This document shows, piece by piece, positions 28,400 to 39,174 of a stretch of DNA of 64,000 nt; the stretch's first letter is position 1; every line of letters begins with the position of its first letter. This DNA comes from a virus: the IMG/VR virus record IMGVR_UViG_3300008448_011250, positions 22,600 to 86,599 of that record; one strand, given 5' to 3'. The position numbers were made by a program, and so were the translations under genes. The notes under the pieces are model-generated. The model saw nothing but the letters and a program-made list of their open reading frames with translations. It ran no database searches and was not told where the DNA came from.

Positions 28400-28428
28400 G
28401 GTGCTAGCAGAAATGTTAGCACTTTTTT
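28400..28428 (+). terminator. Rho-independent terminator
   Basis: GTGCTAGCA-GAAA-TGTTAGCAC stem with a GNRA loop followed by T6. Confidence 0.85.
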
Positions 28429-28437
28429 ACTATCCGG

Positions 28438-28466
28438 TTGGTATATAGTGATATTTTTCATATATT
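28438..28466 (+). promoter_or_regulatory. Class I promoter (leaderless)
   Basis: TTGGTA-17 nt-TATATT; ATG 6 nt downstream. Confidence 0.6.
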
Positions 28467-28472
28467 AATAGT

Positions 28473-29429
28473 ATGAAATCCGGAAACTATCTTTCACCGA
28501 TATATCGTTTATCTCAACGAGATTCAACGACAGTTCCAAGAAAAATATCTTATTCGCAGTGGTCAATGTATGAACGTTGTCCACTTTCTTGGAAATTAGC
28601 TTACATTGATGGATTAGCTCCATTCACATCTTCAATTGATACATGTTTCGGAACAGCATTTCACGAAACATTTCAATATTTCTTAACGGTTATGTATACC
28701 GAATCAGTTAAGAAAGCAGAAGCAATAAATTTTAGAGACATATTAACGGCAAAGCTCAAAGAAGAATATTCACGATGTGTTGCTGAAAATAATGGTGAAC
28801 ATTTTTCAAATCCATTACAATTAGCAGAATACCTTGAAGATGGCGTTGCAATATTGAATTGGTTTATGAAACGACGCTCACAATACTTTTCATCTAAGAA
28901 TTGGGAATTGGCAGGCATCGAAATGGAATTGTGTGTACAAGCTTCAGACGAAAATCCTTCAGTATATTGGTATGGATTTATGGATGTTGTTATGCGACAT
29001 GTTCCTAGCGGTAAAATATACATATATGACATTAAAACAAGTCGTAATGGTTGGAATCAAAATGCAAAATCAGATTCACTTAAATTAGCTCAGCTTATTA
29101 CATATAAAAATTATTTTGCAAAACAATATGGTATTCCTAAAGAAAACATTGAAGTTGAATTCTTTGTGGTTAAACGCAAAATAATGGAAGAGTCAATGTT
29201 TCCTCAGAAACGCATACAAAACATCAAACCTGCTGCAGGTAGTGTAACACAAAAGCGTGTTCAACGTAGCATTGATTTGTTTATTGAACATTGCTTTGAT
29301 GCAGAAGGCAACAAATTAGCAGATAAAACATATTTAGCAGTAGCCGGCAAAGGTTCTGCAAATTGTAAGTATTGTCCATTTAAAACTGATTACGAACGAT
29401 GTCCGAAAGCGAACAGAATAAAAGAATAA
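28473..29429 (+). CDS. PD-(D/E)xK exonuclease, Cas4/AddB-like with Fe-S staple
   Basis: ISYSQ...CP, GTAFH, GFMD, YDIKTS, QLITY, CKYCPF...C. Confidence 0.85.
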   Translation: MKSGNYLSPIYRLSQRDSTTVPRKISYSQWSMYERCPLSWKLAYIDGLAPFTSSIDTCFGTAFHETFQYFLTVMYTESVKKAEAINFRDILTAKLKEEYSRCVAENNGEHFSNPLQLAEYLEDGVAILNWFMKRRSQYFSSKNWELAGIEMELCVQASDENPSVYWYGFMDVVMRHVPSGKIYIYDIKTSRNGWNQNAKSDSLKLAQLITYKNYFAKQYGIPKENIEVEFFVVKRKIMEESMFPQKRIQNIKPAAGSVTQKRVQRSIDLFIEHCFDAEGNKLADKTYLAVAGKGSANCKYCPFKTDYERCPKANRIKE

Positions 29430-29641
29430 AGTATTTGCATGAACATGTTTATGTTTATCAATTCGATATTGAAAATCACCCAACATGGGGTGGTAAGCGT
29501 TGGACTACAATGGAATATGCTCTTTGCACTAACATTGATGATCCAAACCACAAAGAAAATAAAAAGCTATTAGAATCCATGCTCAGACTAGTATATGGAT
29601 ATTATCCAAAAGGTGTTAAATTCATAAAGGAACGAGTATGA
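29399..29641 (+). CDS. Hypothetical protein
   Basis: 80 aa, overlaps both neighbours. Confidence 0.5.
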   Translation: MSESEQNKRIKYLHEHVYVYQFDIENHPTWGGKRWTTMEYALCTNIDDPNHKENKKLLESMLRLVYGYYPKGVKFIKERV

Positions 29642-30042
29642 CCCGAGTTGCAGTAGTAGGCAATACAAATTGGCAAAATAAACGCAAAGTACAGGATACA
29701 CTTCAAATGCTTAAACGTAAGTTTGGAGAAGAGTTAACAGTAGTTGGCGCCGGGGGAACTGAAGGTGCTAATAGTATGGTTAGAAAATATACATTAGAAT
29801 TTTCAATACGTTATGAAGAATACAATCCTAGTTTTTCCGGATACAACATGTACTCCGCTATGCCAGAATCTTATTATGGAAAACCTTATCATTTTAGTCA
29901 ACTTCATCATCGCATGAAATTGATTGCTGAACGTTGCGATTACATGATGATATTAACCAATGAAATGCAACTTGATCCGGTGTTGCAAACAGCTTGGTCT
30001 AAGACAAAAAAACTTAATAAACCGGTTGTTATTTTAGGATAG
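29638..30042 (+). CDS. SLOG-family (YspA/DUF2493-like) protein
   Basis: VAVVGN...VVGAGGTEGANS...IAERCD...KPVVI. Confidence 0.6.
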   Translation: MTRVAVVGNTNWQNKRKVQDTLQMLKRKFGEELTVVGAGGTEGANSMVRKYTLEFSIRYEEYNPSFSGYNMYSAMPESYYGKPYHFSQLHHRMKLIAERCDYMMILTNEMQLDPVLQTAWSKTKKLNKPVVILG

Positions 30043-30043
30043 T

Positions 30044-30052
30044 ATATTTATA
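30044..30052 (+). promoter_or_regulatory. Class II promoter heading the glycosylation cluster
   Basis: ATATTTATA, 21 nt before ATG 30074. Confidence 0.6.
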
Positions 30053-30073
30053 TTAAAGTTATAAAGGAATAGA

Positions 30074-31561
30074 ATGGAATTACCAAAGTTACAAAAGATT
30101 GATCCTAACAAACCTAAGAAAAAGAAAATCTTATTGTTAGCAGATGATTTTCGCTTACCATCAGGTATCGGAACAATCAGTAAAGAAATTATTTTTAATA
30201 CAATTCATCACTATGATTGGGTTCAATTAGGTGCTGCACTAAATCATCCTGATGCTGGTAAAGCATATGATTTGTCCGAAGATGTTCGCAGAGAAACAGG
30301 AGTTGAAGATGCTTCAGTTAAATTAATTCCATATAATGGTTATGGTGATAGAAACATTTTGTTTGCATTGCTAAATCAAGAAAAGCCAGATGCAATCTTT
30401 CACTTTACAGATCCTAGATATTGGACATGGTTGTATGCATTAGAACATGAAATTAAAACTACATATGCAACGCCAATTATTTATTATTCAATTTGGGATG
30501 ATTTACCATATCCAATGTGGAACGCCCCTTTTTATGCAAGTTGCGATTTAATCATAGGCATTAGTAAGCAATCCGATAATATCCATAGAGAAGTGCTTAA
30601 ACAGAACGGATTTAAGGTTGTAGATTATGATGAATCTGATGAACTTTGTGCCGAAGTTAGTTCAGATGAAATCATTACAGGTTTTGTTCCTCACGGATTA
30701 AATCATAATACGTTTAAACCTTTAGACGCCAAAGATCCGGTGTTGGTTGATATGCACAAAAAAATCAAAACGGATAATGGAGTAGATTTTGTAGTATTTT
30801 GGAATAATCGAAATATTCGAAGAAAACAACCAGGAGATGTAATTTTAGCATTCAAAACATTCGTTGATGGATTGCCAGAAGCCAAACGTCAAACAGTTGC
30901 ATTATTAATGCATACTCAGATAGTAGACGATAATGGAACAGATTTACGTGCAGTATGGAAAGCAGTATGTCCTGATTATAAAGTATTATTTTCGGAGGCA
31001 AAACTAAACACGCCGGAATTGAATGCAATGTATAACGTAGCAGATGTTGTAGTTAATATTGGATCAAATGAAGGTTGGGGACTAAGTTCAACTGAGGCAA
31101 TTTTATCCGGAACGCCTATCATTAATAATGTTACTGGTGGATTACAAGATCAATGTGGCTTTGTAGACGAAAATGATGAATGGATACGTTTTAATGGTGA
31201 ATTTGCAACTAATCATGCTGGTAAGTATAAATTACATGGAGTTTGGGCTAAACCAGTATTTCCTAGTAATAGAAGCTTACAAGGATCTCCGCAAACACCT
31301 TATATCTTTGATGATCGTGTTCGATTTGAAGATGTAGCCGATGCAATTGCATATTGGTATGACACACCAGAAACCCTTCGTTCAGAAATGGGACAATCAG
31401 GAAGAGAATGGGCGTTAAAAAATGGATTAACGGCACAACAAATGGGGCAGAAAATGATTTGGATGATTGATTATTTATTTGAATCAAAACAAGTAATTAG
31501 AAAGCGATACACATTAACACCAGTTACAGAAACAAAATACGAAAAAATAGGAATAGTATGA
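30074..31561 (+). CDS. GT-B (GT4) glycosyltransferase
   Basis: SGIG, VPHG, NRNIRRKQ, NEGWGLSSTEA, GGLQDQ. Confidence 0.88.
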   Translation: MELPKLQKIDPNKPKKKKILLLADDFRLPSGIGTISKEIIFNTIHHYDWVQLGAALNHPDAGKAYDLSEDVRRETGVEDASVKLIPYNGYGDRNILFALLNQEKPDAIFHFTDPRYWTWLYALEHEIKTTYATPIIYYSIWDDLPYPMWNAPFYASCDLIIGISKQSDNIHREVLKQNGFKVVDYDESDELCAEVSSDEIITGFVPHGLNHNTFKPLDAKDPVLVDMHKKIKTDNGVDFVVFWNNRNIRRKQPGDVILAFKTFVDGLPEAKRQTVALLMHTQIVDDNGTDLRAVWKAVCPDYKVLFSEAKLNTPELNAMYNVADVVVNIGSNEGWGLSSTEAILSGTPIINNVTGGLQDQCGFVDENDEWIRFNGEFATNHAGKYKLHGVWAKPVFPSNRSLQGSPQTPYIFDDRVRFEDVADAIAYWYDTPETLRSEMGQSGREWALKNGLTAQQMGQKMIWMIDYLFESKQVIRKRYTLTPVTETKYEKIGIV

Positions 31562-32817
31562 GAACAGCGGTTATATCATCACCAGTAGCAACACAATCAG
31601 GTTACGGACACCACGCACGAGAAGTAATTAAACAATTTATAGATAAACGAGGCGAAGAGTGGGACATTAAATTACTTTCAATGCCATGGGGACATACTCC
31701 ATTTACATATCCTATTCCGTTTGATTGGCAAAGCAGATTTGTTCCGCTTCCATTAACAGCACAGCCAGACATCTGGGTTCAAATTACAGTACCAAATGAA
31801 TTTCAACCTATAGGTAAATACAATATTGGTGTAACAGCAGGAACTGAAGGAGACGTTTGTCCTGCAGAATGGATTGATAAGATCAATCAAATGCAAGTTA
31901 CTATAGTTCCTAGCGAATTTACTAAATCAGTATTCGAAACAACAGCAAAGAATGCTGGAAAGTCGATTACAACTAGTTTACAAGTAGTTCCAGAATATTT
32001 TGATGACAAAATATATGACAATAAAAATGTAACCGTTAAAGTTGCTGGATTAGATGATATTAAAGAATCTGCAGCATTTTTAAGTGTCGGACATTGGTTG
32101 CAAGGTCAATTGGGGGAAGATCGTAAAAACATCGGGGGACTAGTGCATTGTTTCTTCAATACATATAAAAACAAGAAAGATGCTCCTGCGTTGATACTAA
32201 AAACAAGCGGAGCAACATATTCGGTAACAGATCGAAAAGAAATTGAAAATAGAATCAATCAAGTTCGAGATTTATTTCCAAATGTAAAACTTCCTAGTAT
32301 ATACTTATTACATGGTGATTTAACAAATGCAGAAATGAATGCATTATACAATCACACTAAAGTAAAAGCAATGATATCATTTACTAAATCTGAAGGATTC
32401 GGACGACCATTGTTAGAATTTGCTACAACAGGTAAGCCAATCATTGCCCCACATTACTCCGGGCCTGCAGACTTCTTAAAAAAAGATTTTATGTGTGCCC
32501 TGCCAGGAGCATTAACTCCAATTCATCCATCTGCGCAAAATGAATTTTTAATTGCAGACGCAAAATGGTTTACGATAGATTATGGGTATGCTGGGAAAAT
32601 GATGCAAGAAGTATTGAAAAATTATAAAACATTTAAAGATTTAGCAACTCGTCAAAGATACTTTGTAAATACTAATTTTACAGAAACTGCAGTAGCTAAA
32701 CGTTATGATGAAGTATTGCAAATCATTGATGATGGCGTAAATAAAATTCCGAAAGCAGTTGAATTAAAATTACCGCAGTTACAAAAAGTAGAATTACCTA
32801 AGCTTCAAAAGGTTTGA
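31558..32817 (+). CDS. GT-B (GT4) glycosyltransferase
   Basis: SGYG, DRKNIG, EGFGRPLLEF, YSGPADF. Confidence 0.88.
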   Translation: MRTAVISSPVATQSGYGHHAREVIKQFIDKRGEEWDIKLLSMPWGHTPFTYPIPFDWQSRFVPLPLTAQPDIWVQITVPNEFQPIGKYNIGVTAGTEGDVCPAEWIDKINQMQVTIVPSEFTKSVFETTAKNAGKSITTSLQVVPEYFDDKIYDNKNVTVKVAGLDDIKESAAFLSVGHWLQGQLGEDRKNIGGLVHCFFNTYKNKKDAPALILKTSGATYSVTDRKEIENRINQVRDLFPNVKLPSIYLLHGDLTNAEMNALYNHTKVKAMISFTKSEGFGRPLLEFATTGKPIIAPHYSGPADFLKKDFMCALPGALTPIHPSAQNEFLIADAKWFTIDYGYAGKMMQEVLKNYKTFKDLATRQRYFVNTNFTETAVAKRYDEVLQIIDDGVNKIPKAVELKLPQLQKVELPKLQKV

Positions 32818-32841
32818 TAATAATCTAAATTTTAATATAAT
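32813..32841 (+). promoter_or_regulatory. Class I promoter (leaderless)
   Basis: TTTGAT-17 nt-TATAAT; ATG 5 nt downstream. Confidence 0.6.
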
Positions 32842-32846
32842 ATAGT

Positions 32847-33467
32847 ATGACAATAACATATGCTATTACCGTTTGTAATGAATTTATAGAAATTCAACGA
32901 TTACTTGGTTTCTTGTTAAAACATAAACGTATACAAGATAATATTGTAGTTTTATATGATGAAGCAAATGGAGATCTAGAAATTGAAAATTTTTTGCGTT
33001 CGCATTCTGTTAATGCGGAATTTGCTTGGCATAAAGCAAAGTTTCAAGGACATTTTGCAGATTGGAAAAATCATTTAACTAAATTATGTACAGGAGATTA
33101 TATTTTTCAAATTGATGCCGATGAAATGATTGATGAGTATATATGCCGTCTCTTACCACAAGTATTAGAACACAATCAAGTAGATGTAATTCGTGTACCA
33201 AGAATCAATACGGTACAAGGTATGACACAAGATCATATGCAACAATGGGGCTGGAATGTTAATGAACATGGATGGATCAATTTTCCAGATTATCAATGGC
33301 GCGTTTATCGTAACGCACCACACATTAAATGGGAAAACAAAGTTCATGAAGTGTTAACTGGATATGAAACAATATCTCATTTACCAACTGATAAAGAATG
33401 GTGTCTATTGCATCCTAAAACAATTGAACGACAAGTAAAACAGAATTCATATTATGCAAATCTATAG
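32847..33467 (+). CDS. GT-A (GT2) glycosyltransferase
   Basis: ITVCNE, GDYIFQIDADE, PDYQWR, VHE. Confidence 0.85.
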   Translation: MTITYAITVCNEFIEIQRLLGFLLKHKRIQDNIVVLYDEANGDLEIENFLRSHSVNAEFAWHKAKFQGHFADWKNHLTKLCTGDYIFQIDADEMIDEYICRLLPQVLEHNQVDVIRVPRINTVQGMTQDHMQQWGWNVNEHGWINFPDYQWRVYRNAPHIKWENKVHEVLTGYETISHLPTDKEWCLLHPKTIERQVKQNSYYANL

Positions 33468-34311
33468 TCCATTAACATTTTGTATATCTACGTTCAATAA
33501 TTTGCCATATTTGAAGATTGCTATTGATTCTGTTAGAAAAAATAGTTATTACAAATCGGCTCCATTTCTTATTCATGCAGAAAATTGTACAGATGGTACT
33601 AATGAATGGTTACAGGAAAACAAAGACACATACAATTTAACATTACTTATTGAACCTGAGAATGATGATATAAAGGGCATTGGCGGCGGAATGAATATTT
33701 GCGCCGAACATGTTGAAACTGACTATATCATGTTTCTCCATTCTGATTTTTATGTCACAAAAAATTGGGATAAAGCTTTGTTAGATATACATGAAAAATA
33801 TCCTACGGAAAAGTTATGGGTTAATTCACATCGTGTAGAGCCGAATATGTTTAATAATCCAACTAGTAGACCAGGTACAGTAATAGTTCCGCCTACAATG
33901 TTTGGTGCTTACTTTCATGATTTTAATTCTGAGTACTTTGATGCATGGGCTGAAGATTTTATTCGAATAAATAATGAAATTGAAATTCCAAAAGGAGAAG
34001 GAGTCTCTGGATTAGTTAAAAAATCAGTTTGGATCGAAGTTGGAGGCAATGATCCGAGATTTGCTCCTGCAAGTTGGGACGATATGGATTTATTCTTAAG
34101 AATGTTACAACATGGTGTAAGATTCATATTACCAGCTTCATCATTAGTATGGCATTTTGGTGCTAGAGGTAGTCATCGATTAGAAGAAAATAATGGACAA
34201 AGTTCCGAAAGGCAACGCATTGCAGAACATGAAAATGCACACAAATGGTTACAAAAATGGGGAGCGATGCCAGCGTTTGATGAGTATGGAATGATAAAAG
34301 GAATACAATGA
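33454..34311 (+). CDS. GT-A (GT2) glycosyltransferase
   Basis: ISTFN, CTDGT, FLHSD, GGND, WDDMD. Confidence 0.85.
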   Translation: MQIYSPLTFCISTFNNLPYLKIAIDSVRKNSYYKSAPFLIHAENCTDGTNEWLQENKDTYNLTLLIEPENDDIKGIGGGMNICAEHVETDYIMFLHSDFYVTKNWDKALLDIHEKYPTEKLWVNSHRVEPNMFNNPTSRPGTVIVPPTMFGAYFHDFNSEYFDAWAEDFIRINNEIEIPKGEGVSGLVKKSVWIEVGGNDPRFAPASWDDMDLFLRMLQHGVRFILPASSLVWHFGARGSHRLEENNGQSSERQRIAEHENAHKWLQKWGAMPAFDEYGMIKGIQ

Positions 34312-34994
34312 AAAATATACCTATAGTAATTTTAAACAGAGATCGTTTATATCCTTTAATTGATCAAGTTAATGTTTTAAAGAAAAAAGGATATCATAAT
34401 ATAACTATCATCGATAATCAATCAACATATCAACCTTTATTGGATTGGTATAAAGAAACCGGAATTGATGTTTTTTATAATGATGTGACTGAAAATTCGT
34501 GCCATGCTTTTAGAGATTTAGTAATGATGAATCATCCTAAATTTAAAGCTATTACATCTGATTGGTATGTATTCAATGACAGTGACATTATCCCTTTAGA
34601 TACAGTTCCAGATAATTTTATTGAAGATTTAATTGATTATGCAATTCGACACAACAAAACGAAAGTTGGAATGTCAATTAAAATTGATGACATAGATCTG
34701 TCATATCCATTGAATGCTTGGGTACATAGTTACGAATCAACTTATTGGACTAATGCAATTGTAGATGAAGATGTTGAATTATATCCACATCCAATTGATA
34801 CAACATTTGCAGTACATGCCCCGCATATCATTCCAACTTGGAGTAATGATACATTGCGAGCTGGCGAACCGTATATTGTTAAACATGCTCCATTCTATTA
34901 TGATCCAAACAATTTACCAGAAGATGAAAAGTATTATCTGATGCATATGAATAAACAAAGTAGTAATTGGTCAAGTAAAGTAGAAGTAAAATGA
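34308..34994 (+). CDS. GT-A-like glycosyltransferase
   Basis: IIDNQST, NDSD, IDTTFA, HAPFY. Confidence 0.7.
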   Translation: MKNIPIVILNRDRLYPLIDQVNVLKKKGYHNITIIDNQSTYQPLLDWYKETGIDVFYNDVTENSCHAFRDLVMMNHPKFKAITSDWYVFNDSDIIPLDTVPDNFIEDLIDYAIRHNKTKVGMSIKIDDIDLSYPLNAWVHSYESTYWTNAIVDEDVELYPHPIDTTFAVHAPHIIPTWSNDTLRAGEPYIVKHAPFYYDPNNLPEDEKYYLMHMNKQSSNWSSKVEVK

Positions 34995-35656
34995 TTCCAA
35001 TACATAAATTTGGTGTTGATTTTGTTATCACACCTTCCACTCCAGCATTAGATGATTTTTGGCAAAATGCATATCAAAACAATTGGGAAAATGAAACGTT
35101 TAATGATATATTACCAGCTCTAGATAAAAATAAAACATTTATTGATATAGGTGCATGGCAAGGTCCAATATCATTGGTAGCACAACAATATTCAAAACAA
35201 TGTTTATGTTTCGAACCCGATCCAGATGCATATAAGTATTTAGCAAAAAACATACAAGCAAATAACTTTAAAAACATACTGCATGAAAATGTAGCTGTGT
35301 CAGCAGAAGCAGTATTAAATCTAGGCGCCGATGAATTAGGCGGCGGTGTAACTAGTTTTACTAAATCTAATAATAGTATACAATGTCCTACAATATCAAT
35401 ACAACAGATATTTGAAAAATATAAATTAACACAGGATGATGTATCTGTAATTAAAATTGATGTTGAAGGTTATGAATGTGAACTATTGAAAGATCCTTTT
35501 TGGAAAACTTTAAATGTAAATTTACATATAAGTTTACATGGTTTATTTTTTCAAGACAAACAAAAATATTTTAATGATTTACGAGAATTCTTTGGAAGTG
35601 ATTATCAATTTTTAGAACATGCAGATACACAAGAAATCTTTATAAGGAAACGATGA
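34991..35656 (+). CDS. FkbM-family methyltransferase
   Basis: IDIGAWQG, FEPDP, IKIDVEGYE. Confidence 0.9.
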   Translation: MIPIHKFGVDFVITPSTPALDDFWQNAYQNNWENETFNDILPALDKNKTFIDIGAWQGPISLVAQQYSKQCLCFEPDPDAYKYLAKNIQANNFKNILHENVAVSAEAVLNLGADELGGGVTSFTKSNNSIQCPTISIQQIFEKYKLTQDDVSVIKIDVEGYECELLKDPFWKTLNVNLHISLHGLFFQDKQKYFNDLREFFGSDYQFLEHADTQEIFIRKR

Positions 35657-36291
35657 AAACAATAGCACTATTTGGAGCAAGTGGAGGCTTAGGAAGCCAA
35701 TTATTGCCAGTATTACAAAAAAAGTACAACGTTATTGCAATTAGTTCAGCTGACGTTAATGTAACTAATTATGATGCAGTTAAAACATTATTTGATACAC
35801 ACAAAATTGACATTGTTATCAATTTAAGTGGTTATAATTCAGATGCATTTGCTCATAAAATTAATAACGAGCAATTGGATAAACAAATTGATATCAACAT
35901 AAAAGGAACTGTAAATATAGTTTCAAATTGTTTGCCATTTATGCGAGAACAACAATTTGGTCGTATTATTTTAGTTTCATCAGTTTTAGCAGATCATCCC
36001 GTTGTTAGTACTAGTATATATTCTGGCTGTAAAGGTTTTGTGGATAGTTTTACTAAAACAGTAGCATTAGAAAATGCAAATAAAAACATCAATTGTAATA
36101 GTTTGCAATTAGGATATTTCGACGGAGGTTTAACATATAAAATACCAGAAACCTTTAGAGATACAATTAAAAATAATATACCAGCAAAACGTTGGGGTAT
36201 GATTTCTGAATTATATAATACAATTGATTATTTAATCGAAACAGGTTATATCACGGGACAAAATATTAATATCAGCGGAGGAATCATATAA
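35653..36291 (+). CDS. Short-chain dehydrogenase/reductase
   Basis: GASGGLG, YSGCK, GYITGQNINISGG. Confidence 0.9.
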   Translation: MKTIALFGASGGLGSQLLPVLQKKYNVIAISSADVNVTNYDAVKTLFDTHKIDIVINLSGYNSDAFAHKINNEQLDKQIDINIKGTVNIVSNCLPFMREQQFGRIILVSSVLADHPVVSTSIYSGCKGFVDSFTKTVALENANKNINCNSLQLGYFDGGLTYKIPETFRDTIKNNIPAKRWGMISELYNTIDYLIETGYITGQNINISGGII

Positions 36292-37142
36292 TGGAAGTAT
36301 ATCAAGATTTTGCTAACAATGTACATATAACAGCTAAAGAAATAAATATCGGAAGCAATGTTCGTTTTGGTAAGGATATCAAAATAAATGTACGAGGAAC
36401 ATTTGAAGTTGGTAATAATAGTATCATAGGCGATCGTTTTACTGCAAATGCCGAAGAACTTATTATTGGAGAATATTTTTATAATGGGCCAACTGATTCT
36501 AGGGGTATGGTAATAGGCGGCGGAGGAGCTAACTTTCCATATGCAAAATTAAAAATAGGCGATCGGGTTGTTTGTCATACAGGACATATAAATCTTGCAA
36601 GTCCAGTTACAATTGGAAATGATGTAGGTTTATCTCATGACGTCGATTTGATTACGCACGGATTTTGGTATTCTATTTTAGAAGGATATCCTAGAGTATT
36701 TAAAGACATCAATATTGGAAATAATGTTATTGTAGGGTGGAAAACAGTTATTATGAGTGGCGTTACAATAGCCGATAATACAGTAATTGGTTCGAATTCA
36801 ACCGTAACAAAATCTTTGTTAGAATCTAAAGCCATTTACGCCGGCTCTCCTGCTAAGTTAATTAAACATATCACTGAACCTACGTTGCAAGAAAAACATC
36901 AAATGCTTGAATCTTTGATTGCAGATTTTAAAGATTTAATGTCATATTACGATGTGCCAGAATTTACCATTAATGCACAATATCCATATTTATATATAAA
37001 TCAACTAAAGGTTAATGTTGATGATTTTAGTTATGAAGGCGAACATGATGCAATAACAGATGCATTCAGAGATTTTGCTAGAAGATATGGAATACGAATT
37101 TATGTTCCACATGGTTTTAAATTTAATTTAACACGTAAATGA
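36291..37142 (+). CDS. Left-handed beta-helix acyltransferase
   Basis: Hexapeptide repeats; IGNNVIVG...GVTIADNTVIGSNSTV...AGSPAK. Confidence 0.88.
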   Translation: MEVYQDFANNVHITAKEINIGSNVRFGKDIKINVRGTFEVGNNSIIGDRFTANAEELIIGEYFYNGPTDSRGMVIGGGGANFPYAKLKIGDRVVCHTGHINLASPVTIGNDVGLSHDVDLITHGFWYSILEGYPRVFKDINIGNNVIVGWKTVIMSGVTIADNTVIGSNSTVTKSLLESKAIYAGSPAKLIKHITEPTLQEKHQMLESLIADFKDLMSYYDVPEFTINAQYPYLYINQLKVNVDDFSYEGEHDAITDAFRDFARRYGIRIYVPHGFKFNLTRK

Positions 37143-37771
37143 AATTTTTAAATTTTAATAGAGTATTATGTTTAAGTCCACATCCGGATGATACTGAATA
37201 TAGTATGGCGGGAGTTGTTTTAAAACATCAAGATACGCGCTTTGACATATTATGTATGACACAAGGAGGAGATTGCGATTTAACATCAGGAACAGGTCGT
37301 ATTCAAGAAGTACGTAATGCATGGTCTGCATCTAAAGCAAAAAATTATACATTGTTTTTCAGTGATGTTAAATATCTTAAAGAACGTGCAACTGACGAAT
37401 GGATAAATTACATAGAAACCAATTTCACTAAAAACTTCGAATATGATTGTATTATGACTACTTCACAATGTGACAGTCATTTTGAACATGTTATAGTTTC
37501 TTCATTAGCAGCACCATTGGCACGAGTTAAACCATACAGTATCATTCAATATAAGTCGCCATCGACACTAGATAAATGGACTCCAAATTTATTTGTTTCT
37601 TTGGGAGATTTTTATTATATTAAGAAAAAGATGCTACAAGAGTTTAAGTCACAAACACATCATGAGTATTTTGGAGATTTTGTACTCGATGGTTTTCATA
37701 GTAATTTTCAATGTATGAAAAAAGGACAAGGATTTGTAGAATCATATAAAATAGTTACCATATATGAATAA
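37139..37771 (+). CDS. PIG-L/LmbE-family deacetylase
   Basis: SPHPDD, DSHFEH, FKSQ. Confidence 0.88.
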   Translation: MKFLNFNRVLCLSPHPDDTEYSMAGVVLKHQDTRFDILCMTQGGDCDLTSGTGRIQEVRNAWSASKAKNYTLFFSDVKYLKERATDEWINYIETNFTKNFEYDCIMTTSQCDSHFEHVIVSSLAAPLARVKPYSIIQYKSPSTLDKWTPNLFVSLGDFYYIKKKMLQEFKSQTHHEYFGDFVLDGFHSNFQCMKKGQGFVESYKIVTIYE

Positions 37772-38543
37772 AATAGTATTGTATTGTAAATCATATGATA
37801 AAGATGTTCATCGTGCAAAAACGCTTTTGAATAGCATCATTCAATACAATACGGATAACATTCCTTTTTATATTTCCGTTCCAGAAAAAGATATTGAACT
37901 ATTTAAAACTGTTTTAGGAACTGAAAATTACGTATTGATAACAGATGAATCAATTGATGCTGATAATGAAGGATGGAAAGGTCAACAAATCGTAAAGAGT
38001 CAATTTTGGAAATTAGGCCTTTGTGAAAATTATGTATGTGTTGATTCTGATTGTTTTTTTATCAAGCCCTTTAGCATTAAAGATTTCATGTTTAATGATG
38101 AAACGCCATATACCATATGTCATGAATATAAATCATTCTTTGAATTTTTAGATAAGCATCCATTAGGTTTTGATCCATATGAATCATTTCTTAAAGAACG
38201 TTTGCATATCATGGAATTATTTGGTAGGGAAGGAGTTGTATATGATTTTGGCCCAGGTCCAACTATATGGTCTTCAACGGTATGGCAAAGTTTGGAAGAA
38301 AATTATATTCAACCAAACGGACTTAAGTTTAGCGATCTAATACAAGCAAATGGATCTGAATTTACATGGTATGGTGAATGGTTATTACGTAGCCAGGTAA
38401 TTAGATTAATACCGAAAGGTCCACTATTTAAAAACTATCATTATCCAAATCAATTTGAATATGACAAACATTATGGGTATGATCTAGAAAGAATATCAAA
38501 ACTATACTTAGGAATAGGTATGCAATCAATTTATGAATTTTAA
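37764..38543 (+). CDS. Nucleotide-diphospho-sugar transferase-like (DUF6492-like)
   Basis: GWKGQQIVK, VDSD, EFTWYG. Confidence 0.65.
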   Translation: MNKIVLYCKSYDKDVHRAKTLLNSIIQYNTDNIPFYISVPEKDIELFKTVLGTENYVLITDESIDADNEGWKGQQIVKSQFWKLGLCENYVCVDSDCFFIKPFSIKDFMFNDETPYTICHEYKSFFEFLDKHPLGFDPYESFLKERLHIMELFGREGVVYDFGPGPTIWSSTVWQSLEENYIQPNGLKFSDLIQANGSEFTWYGEWLLRSQVIRLIPKGPLFKNYHYPNQFEYDKHYGYDLERISKLYLGIGMQSIYEF

Positions 38544-39174
38544 TGAAAAGTATAATATGAAAAAAAGTTTAGAAGAAATTAGTAAAAATTATCGTTCAGA
38601 CAAAGGATCTGTATATCATAACTATCTAGAAATTTATGAAAAATATTTTTCTAAATATCAAAATAAATTGAAAACTTTCTTAGAAATTGGATTATGGGAA
38701 GGCGAAAGTATTCGAATGTGGAGAGAGTATTTTACAACAGGTAATTTAGTCGGTGCAGATATTTTAGATTTATCTCATATAAAATTACCAAATACTAGTT
38801 TTCATGTTTGCGATCAGTCTGACAGACAACAATTGGAAGAACTAGTTCAAAAAACATACAACCAGTTTGATATTATAATCGACGATGGAGGACATATGAT
38901 GCATCAACAACAAATTACACTAGGAACAATGTTTAAATATTTGAAACCAGGCGGCGTTTTTGTTATTGAAGATTTACACACATCAGGAAACCCAGCATAT
39001 ACACGCCCGGGCGACACAGATACGTTAGAAATGTTGCATCATTATAATAATACAAAACAATTTGTAAGTAATTGTATGTTACCGGAAGAAATACGTTATC
39101 TAAATGAAAATATCAAAGAATTAAATATTGAATCAGGAAACGTTTCGCCAATTGCCTTTATTATTAAAAAATGA
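38533..39174 (+). CDS. Class I SAM-dependent (sugar O-) methyltransferase
   Basis: SDK..HNY..Y, LEIG, DQSD, DIIIDDGGH, PGGVFVIEDL. Confidence 0.85.
   Translation: MNFNEKYNMKKSLEEISKNYRSDKGSVYHNYLEIYEKYFSKYQNKLKTFLEIGLWEGESIRMWREYFTTGNLVGADILDLSHIKLPNTSFHVCDQSDRQQLEELVQKTYNQFDIIIDDGGHMMHQQQITLGTMFKYLKPGGVFVIEDLHTSGNPAYTRPGDTDTLEMLHHYNNTKQFVSNCMLPEEIRYLNENIKELNIESGNVSPIAFIIKK

Noticed and set aside
28473-29429. Cas4-like nuclease as evidence of a CRISPR-Cas system
   Set aside because: No repeat-spacer array or other cas genes seen; solo Cas4-like nucleases are common in phages.
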